DNA of 64,000 bases from the human T2T-CHM13v2.0 reference genome, Homo sapiens. The stretch lies in assembly GCF_009914755.1 (NCBI RefSeq), contig NC_060929.1. One strand, written 5' to 3'. The stretch's first letter is position 1. The number at the start of each line of letters is the position of its first letter. Under the pieces are notes generated by a model, which was given only the letters and a program-made list of their open reading frames with translations, made no database searches and was not told the origin of the DNA. Below, in pieces: positions 55,700 to 64,000 of the stretch. Made by a program: the position numbers and the translations under genes.

Positions 55700-56330
55700 T
55701 TTCTTAAATTTCAATGCTCACTCCAAGTTGATAAGTCCAATGTATTCTGGATTAGTCAGACCATCTTGATCCACTATGACCAGATATGAGCACAAGTTTT
55801 TAAGCAGATAATTAATACACAACATAATCTGGAGAAAGTTAGTGAGAAGGGTGAGAATACTGTAAGCCACACGGCTCTAGAGCGAGTTGTCCTTCAGAAA
55901 CAGAAGACTGAAACTCAGACAATGCAGTGCCACTAAATACTTCAACAGTTGTCTCCTAGAAGAAAGTTTAAATAAAATTTAAATAAAGAAAAAAGATTTA
56001 AATTTGAGTAACACTAAAAATTCAGTTTCTTATCATACTAGCCACATTTCAAATGCTCAATAGCCTCATCTAATATGGTAGCTAATATGATAGCTGCTGG
56101 CTACCATATTAGATAATGCAAGATTTAGAACATTTCCATTACTGAAGAAAGCCCTGTGGACAGTGGTATTCTTAAGGGAAAAATTAGAACCAGTAAGGAC
56201 TAAGAAGTTAGGAGAAGTCAGACTTTGAATCAATATAAGGAAGAATTTTTAAGTAGTTACAGTTATCCTACAATGGAATGGGTTGGACCCAACAACCCGA
56301 GGAGCTGCTCAAGCTGAGCGAAAACACGTG
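55700..56330 (+). mobile_element. L3/CR1 remnant with a MER3-like MITE inserted at about 55990-56170
   Basis: CR1-like 'caatataaggaagaattttt...caatggaatgggttg'. MER3-like 'tagccacatttcaaatgctcaatagcc'. Confidence 0.55.
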
Positions 56331-57223
56331 TATCATCCTAGCATTTTTGAAAGGTTGAGCAGAAAATTCCTGAAATGATAACCAAATTGATGGCTTTAAT
56401 TATGAGGATTGCTTTATTATAGATATTTTTAGCTGATCAAAGGCTACTCTTTTCCCACTTGCAAGCTGCTGTTAACATATATCCCAGGGCCCATTAAGAT
56501 TGAGAGCTTAATGCTTCCCATCATACCTACCACTTACGCACTAGGTTATTTACTGGCCTTTGAAAATATATTTCCTTGTTCTTGTTACAGAAATAATGTG
56601 CAGAAATAAAAACTCTTTTAAGATACAGAAACCAACTCACTCAAGTTACTTCTCAATCAGACACAACAGAGATATTACATGTTGCACTTGCAGGCAAGCT
56701 ATGGTCAAAGTGTGAAATGACAACATCAGGCATAGGTGAAAGGACAAGGTATGACTAAAGCTTCAAAGTTATCATCTTACCAGGCTGGCAGGGTCTACTT
56801 GACTGATGGTGATCTATACAAAAATAATGTTCATGGGAACAAATATCCATGCATAGCCAAATGATGAAATTAGAAATATAGACATCTAATAGACATGTAT
56901 TCATCTTCTCCTGATAAACTCAAACAGCAGCAAATGGACAAGTCAATAACTTGGGCAAAAATATTACCTTTGGATATTTTCTTGATATCCTAGAAATTTA
57001 TAAGAGAGGGGAATGAGAAAGCAAATTCTTCATCTTAAATTTCCAGGATCAGAGACATTAGTCAAAAGGAAACAAACAGAAGAGCTCCTTCATATTTTGA
57101 TGCATTGATAAGCCTCAATTATGTTAATATCATTCAGATTAAAATTTCCAGTTTCCTGCTTCAAGAAGGCAAATGTTTTCATTATGGCCCTGACAATAAC
57201 TCTCTCTAATAATGGAAAAGATA

Positions 57224-59545
57224 AAGGCATACCACGTTTTATTGCACTTCATTTTATTGTGCTTCAAATATACTATGTTTTTAACAAATGGAAGGTTTAT
57301 GGAATCCTGCATTAAGCAGGTCTATTGCTGCCATTTTTCCAACAACATGTACTTGCTTCATGTCTCTGTGTCACATATTGGTTATTCTCACAGTACTTCA
57401 AACATTTTCATTACTATTATATCTGCTATGGTGATCTTTGATCAGTGGTCTTTGATGTTACTATGGTAATTGCCATATAAGATGACAAATTTAATCGATA
57501 AACGTTGTGTCTGTTCTGACTGCTCCACTGACCACCATTTCACCATCTCTCTCCTTCTACCTCCCTATTCCCTATGACACAAAAATATTAATATTAGACC
57601 AATTAATAACCCTATGATGACCTCTAAGTGTTCAAGTGAAAGAAGAATCACGTGTCTCTCACTTCAAAGCCAAAACTAGAAATGATTAAGCTTAGTGAAG
57701 AAGGCATGCTGAAAGCCAAGACAGACTGAAGGCTAGGCCTCTTGAACCAAATAGTTAGCTAAGTTGTGAATACAGAGGAAAAGTGCTTGAAAAAATTAAA
57801 GTGCTAATCCAGTGAACACAAGAATGATAAAGCCATACAGCCTTATTGATGATACAGAGAAAGTCTGAGTAGTCTGGATAAAAGATCAAACCAGCCACAA
57901 TATTTCTTTAAGCCGAAGCCTAATCCAGAGCAATGGTCTAACTCTTCAATTATGTGAAGGCTGAGAGGTGAGGAAGCTGCAGAAGAAAACTTGGAAGGTA
58001 GCAGAGGTTGGTTCATGAAGTTTAAGGAAAGAAGCCATTTGTCTCCATAACATAAAAGTGTAAGGTGAAGCAACAAGTGCTGATGGAGAAGCTGCAGCAA
58101 ATGATCTGAATAAGATAATTGATAATGGTGACTAAACTGAACAACAAATTTTTCAGTGTAGATGAACTGTCTTCTACTGGAAGAAGACGCTATCTAGCAC
58201 TTTCATATCTAGGAAGAGAAGTCAATGCCTGACTTCAAATGATAAGTTGACCCTTTTGTTGGAAGCTAATGTAGCTAGATACCTTAAGTTGAAGTGAATG
58301 CTAATTTACCATTCCAAAAATCCTAAAGATGTTAAGAATTATACGAAATCTACTCTGCCTGTGCTCTATAAATGGAGTAACAAAGCCTGAATGACAGCAC
58401 ATCTGTTTACAGCATCATTTACTGATGATTTAAGCCCACCGTTGAGATCTACTGCTCAGAAAAAAAGATTCCTTTCAAATCATGACTGTTCATTGACAAT
58501 GCACCCAAGAGCTCTAATAGAGATGTAAAAGGAAATTAATGTTGTTTTCATTTCTGCTAAGATAACATCTATTCTGAAGCCTATAGATGAAAAAGTAATT
58601 TTAACTTTCAAGCCTTATTATGTAAGAAATACATTTTATAAGGCTATGGCTTTCATAGATATTGAGCCCTTTGATGGAGCTGGGTAAATAAAGTTGAAAA
58701 CCTTTGGAAAAGGAGTCAACGTTTTAGATGTCATCAATAACATTCGTGATTCATAGAGGTCAAAATGTCAACATTAACAGGAGTTTGGAAGAAGGTGATT
58801 CCAACCTTCATGGATGATTTGACTTGGAGGGATCAAGACTTCAGTGGAGGAAGTAACTGCAAATGTGGTGAGAATAGCAAAAACCTAGAATTAGAAGTTG
58901 AGCCCGATGATGCAGCTGAATTACTACGGTCTCATGATAAAAGTTTAACAGATGAAATGTTCTTTTTTACAGATATGAAAAGAAAGGCATTTATTGAGAT
59001 GAAATCTACTTCTGATGAAGATTTTGTGAACATTGTTGAAGTAATAACAAATAATTTAGAATATTCCGTAAACTTAGTTGCAAACCAGCTCTAGGGAAAG
59101 ATTGACTCCAAATCTGAAGGTAGCTCTAATTAGGTAAATGCTATTAAACCGTTACATGCTACAAAGATATTTTTCATGAAAAGAAGATTCAATAATCTGT
59201 CAAAATGTATTGTTATCTTATTTTAGAAAATTTCCAGAGGCACCTCAACCTTCAGCAGCCACCAGTCTGATTAGTCAGCAGCCATCAACATTGAAGCAAA
59301 ACCTTCCACCAGCAAAAATATTACAAGTCACTGAAGGCTCAGGTTATTGTTAGTATTTTTTTAGCAATAAAGTATATGTACAGTTTTAGGTATAATGCTA
59401 TTGCACACTTAGACTATATTATAGTGTAAATATGCATTTTATATACGCTGGACAAACAAAAAGTTATGTGACTTTCTTTATTGCACTATTTGCTTTTATT
59501 GCAGTAGTCTGGAATCCCACCCACAGTATCTCTGACGTATGCCTA
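57224..59545 (+). mobile_element. Near full-length Tigger1 DNA transposon
   Basis: Inverted termini aggcatacc / gtatgcct. About 2.3 kb long with Tigger1-type internal sequence. Confidence 0.93.
57617..59094 (+). pseudogene. Degenerate Tigger1 (pogo-like DDE) transposase
   Basis: Fragments [38 protein letters not shown] and LKPIDEKVI are recognisable but separated by many stops and frameshifts. Confidence 0.85.
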
Positions 59546-59907
59546 TTCTTCCATTTCCGGGAATGTGTTATAAACCCAGGAATCTCAGTTTGGGCTTGGC
59601 GTAAGACATAAAATGCTGAGTGAAATTCTTGCTTCCAACTGGGGCTACAAAACAGACTAGGAAAAAAAATTTCCCACTGGCAAAAAATGATATCAGGATA
59701 GTTTTTCTGTCTTAGTCCAGTAACTATGCAAGGGAAAAAGTCTCCTCTGAAGACTCTGAACCAGAGTATTACTCTATAAGAGTTCAGGATTCAATTTTCA
59801 CATCATCTTCAGGTGTCAAGAATGCAAAGATAATCCTTAGTATTACAAAGAAGTTCTGAAAATCCAGTATTTTGAAAAAAACGGTAGTTCTGGTCTCATA
59901 ATAAGAC

Positions 59908-60342
59908 TGTCTTAGTTTGGGTACTCCTGAAATAGTTTCTGAGTTGGTAAGTATTTGAGTGAGTAGGGGAGTATGTGAGTCAGGAGAGTAAAGGCAGCCA
60001 ATAAAGGGTACATTATCCAGTGTGTTACCCCTGAGGGTAAGGAGATTTTATCCCCATGGGGGAAAACTGGGAGATGATACCAGTCACTAACCTCAGAACT
60101 ATTCCATCCAAGACGCAAGAGAGCTATGGTATTTACACACCAACTCTGATCTTTCATTTGTTGAGGTAGGGAACATTAATTACCTTGCACTTTTGGCCTT
60201 CTGTGTACCTGGTAAGAGTGGTGGCCAGACAAAACTTTCAGGCAAAGAGACATGTATGCTGGCAAATAAAAGTTAGTCCTATATGCATAGAAATAATAAG
60301 GCATAAAAGAGTATTGGTAGGGCTACAACTATATCTGCTATA
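59908..60342 (-). mobile_element. Old ERVL-type LTR (LTR16-like)
   Basis: tgtcttagtttggg...gcagccaataaagggt...tatttacacaccaactc...atctgctata. Confidence 0.55.
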
Positions 60343-60974
60343 ATCTCTGAGGGACTTGCAGAGTCACAAAATAAACCTTGATAAAGTAACACATTCCAAG
60401 TTAGGCTGCACAGAATTATCAAGGGTGGCCACACCAAGCATGGCATCCCAATCTGAAATTAGTAAGCACAGAAAACAAGTCATTATGAGCTGAGTCAACA
60501 TAAAACATAAATAACAGAATTTGACTCCTAAGAATGTCAAGTGGTAGAGTTATAAAACAGAGATTATGAACTCTATGTGTTTAAAATAATTAAATATATA
60601 AAAAATGAATCAGAAACATGAAAAAGCAAAATCAGGCAGACATAAAGAGAAATGATCATTGAATTTAAAAAATTCGTGGGTTGGTTGACAGCAGATTAGA
60701 CACAATTGGATAGATAAGCACCAGAAGATAGAGCTAAATAAGCCACCTAAAATGGAAAAAACATAGGGTAAAGAGTTAGTTAGTAAAGACACATGGAAAA
60801 TAGAGGCATGGTCCATTATATTTCTCAAAAATCTTTCCAGAAACAAAGAGAGAATGCAGGGGAAGGAGAGAAGCATTTATTTAAAAGAATCAGAATTAGA
60901 ATTTTAGAATTCTTCAGAGTTTGTTAAAGAATTCAATCCTTACATTTAGGGATCCCAGCACATTCCAAACACGA

Positions 60975-62160
60975 CTTCTCAGTGTGGTGCAATCCTTTGA
61001 AACTGCTGTTGGTAAAGGCATCAGTAACCTCCACGTTGTTAAATCTTACAGTAAGTTTTAGTTTGCATCATTCTTGACTTATAAGCCATATTTACTTCAG
61101 TTGATCACTCTTTTCTCCTTGGTACGTTCTATTTACATAGCACACCTCACTCATTTGATTTTTTCTATCTTATAGATCACTTCTCAGTCCCTTTTGCTGA
61201 TCTCTCATATCTGTCACCCTCTTAATGTTAAAAATATCCTTAGTCCTCCTCTCTCTTCTTTCTACATACTATCAGTTATTGATTTCATCCAAACTCATGG
61301 CTTTAAATAGTACACAATTCCCAAATATATATTGGTAGCACACATCGTACTCCTGTAAATCCAGACTCTTGAAACTGAACATGTTCAAAATGGAATTTGT
61401 TCTTTTTCTTCCAAAAATGATCCATCTATAACATTTCATATCTCAGTTCATGACAAGCTTATCTTTCCAGGTTCCCATACTAGAAACTTTGAAATCATCC
61501 TTAACATCTCTCCATGACTCAGTAAATGTCTCTGGCTGTCCCTTCCAAATATATCCAGAATCCCACTACTTCTTCTCATTACCATAGTTCTATACATGGT
61601 CTGAACCCAAACCTCTTGTCTAAACTACTGCAAGAGACTTTCTGGTACATGGAATCACTAGTCTCACTTTTTTTCTCCTTTAACCATGCCTTCTATCGCC
61701 ATGGAATTTTGCAGATCTTTTTAAAAAAACAGAATTTATTTTCCTACCCCTTGATGTTGGCCATATGACTTGCTTTAGCTAATGGAATTTTAGAAAAAGT
61801 GACAAAAGAAGGAGCTTGTGCCTCTGACATTGCCAAGAGAATATACCTAGTTTGCTGGTCCCAAGAGGGGTATGAGAAAAATGTGGAGCTCAGCCACCAC
61901 AGGCAAGTTCAACTTAAGTTTACAGATCCTCCAGCCAAACACTGCAGGTGAGTGATGAGAACATGAGCACAGTCAAGATCCACAGAGACACCTAGCCCAC
62001 CCACAGATGTATGAAATATAAATGCCCTGTATGCTACTGAATTTCTATGATTTTTACTGTTATTGTAGAAATAGTAGATTGACACAGCTTCCTAATAGGT
62101 CTCCCAACTTCTCCCTTAGCCTCCTAAAATCTTGTCTAAGCATACGAGCCAGAATTTTTG
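60975..62160 (+). mobile_element. L2 fragment interrupted by an MLT1-like LTR (about 61640-62085)
   Basis: L2 phrase 'tatccagaatcccactacttc...actactgcaa' resumes as 'cagcttcctaataggtctccc' after an LTR containing 'ggccatatgacttgcttt'. Confidence 0.65.
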
Positions 62161-63007
62161 TTGTTTTTGCTTTTAAATTATTTTTTCTAATTTTGTGTTA
62201 CTTTAATTTCCCATAGCATATGGCAATCTTTACAGCAAAAATACAAATTTAAGGATGCATTTATTTTAATATTGTATCCATATGTCACCCATATTTTTGA
62301 ACAGCTCTGACAACAAGCACAAACCTAAGCAATAGGTATAACAGAAGCCAGATAACTGGTTTTGTTCCCCAACTCCTATCATTTAAGAGGGAGCAATCAA
62401 GGAACATCTTAATCAGATGAGCATCAAAGGATATGTGCATGTTTCTTTACATATATTAATTAGTGTTTTGTGTTTCGCAAAACTGAAAACAAAGCCATTT
62501 TTACACAGCGTGTTGATGTCTGAGTTGTACTTTTAGAAACTGTCAGAGATCTATAAAAAGGCTTTTCTTTAAAATCAAACTTTAAGTTTACTTATTAATA
62601 ATTAGATGAACTTTTAAATAAGATGTACTCTCAATTGTATTTGAAAAAAAATTATCCTTCAACTTCTTAAACTGTCCTTACTCAGATAAAGAAACCTCAA
62701 ATGTCTACATATATTCTTGGAAGCTCAGACCAGGTATCTAACATACATCAGACAGATAAAGTTAATATTAACATTCACCAAATTATAAGGAAATATTAAA
62801 AATTAGGAAGAAATACATCATATTTATCTGTTTACTGCGGCAATACATCCCTTCCTCTTTTGTATGATCTTTTTGTAAATAAACTGCTACATTTTAATAT
62901 GCTTAATATGCCAACACAAATAGCAGACTTAATTCCATTGTTGCTCAACTGAATCAAAGTAAAAGGGCATTTTACTATGCGCATTTAAGTCAGAAGATTA
63001 ATGATAG

Positions 63008-63359
<352 letters not shown>

Positions 63360-63834
63360 GTGTTTAGTAACTTTTAAATGCTATTTAATACTGTTGCTAT
63401 AACTGGCACAACCTACTACTTGTAATGTTTAGCTATTGTTTGATTGCTAATGTTTTCATCTTTTTCTGCCTTTTCTTATTTGTCTGCTTTAGGCAAAAGT
63501 AACCATTAAACACAAAGATGATCAGCTCTGCGTTTCTTCCATGGTCTCTGACCATGGTTAGAAGATCCCCTAATTCTGCTTTCCAGAAACATCTTTTTCA
63601 ATGAAAACACCTACATTTCAGGATTTCACTGATTTTTCATGAGAGAGTTTGCCACTAAACCATGCTCTAGGAAAGTTACTCAGATCAAACAGTCATATCC
63701 AATGACAACTTCAGTCTGAATTTTTTTGGAAAGAGACCCAAAAAGTAGGTACATGGGTTAAGACAATCTGAATCTGTACCTGCTGAGGAAGGATTCTCTC
63801 TTTGGCATCAACTCACTTTTACAATTATAATTTA

Positions 63835-64000
<166 letters not shown>

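Noticed and set aside
58765-59094. 109-aa ORF as a TIGD-like gene
   Set aside because: It is a fragment of the decayed Tigger1, and the upstream transposase frame is repeatedly broken.
63539-63557. CCATGGTC-TCT-GACCATGG inverted repeat (and a similar 10-bp-arm hairpin at 38642-38663) as an RNA gene or terminator
   Set aside because: Stems are too short for a pre-miRNA, and such stems are expected by chance in 64 kb.

Overview
Primate (most likely human or great-ape) genomic DNA: AT-rich, CpG-depleted, no CpG island, and dominated by interspersed repeats. These include three full-length MaLR proviruses (THE1A, two MST), at least eight solo THE1/MST LTRs, nine Alu copies or fragments, a near-complete Tigger1, a MER85 piggyBac MITE, several hAT/Tigger MITEs, L1/L2/L3/MIR remnants and several STRs. 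I find no intact protein-coding gene, RNA gene or CRISPR array. The supplied ORFs are repeat-derived or chance frames, many using bacterial-style alternative starts. The window looks intergenic or deep-intronic, and I see no evidence of a new biological system. The most unusual sequence-level observations are two independent local templated insertions: a 185-bp direct copy at 22800->24310 placed inside an L3, and a 115-bp inverted copy at 46517->47883 placed inside a MER82. Each has a re-copied snippet at one junction. Also notable are a cluster of fold-back palindromes and duplications at 40.8 kb, and a MER85 whose damage is concentrated in the CSB-PGBD3 palindrome. Repeat subfamily names come from remembered consensus sequences and need RepeatMasker/Dfam confirmation. 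Identity values are hand counts.
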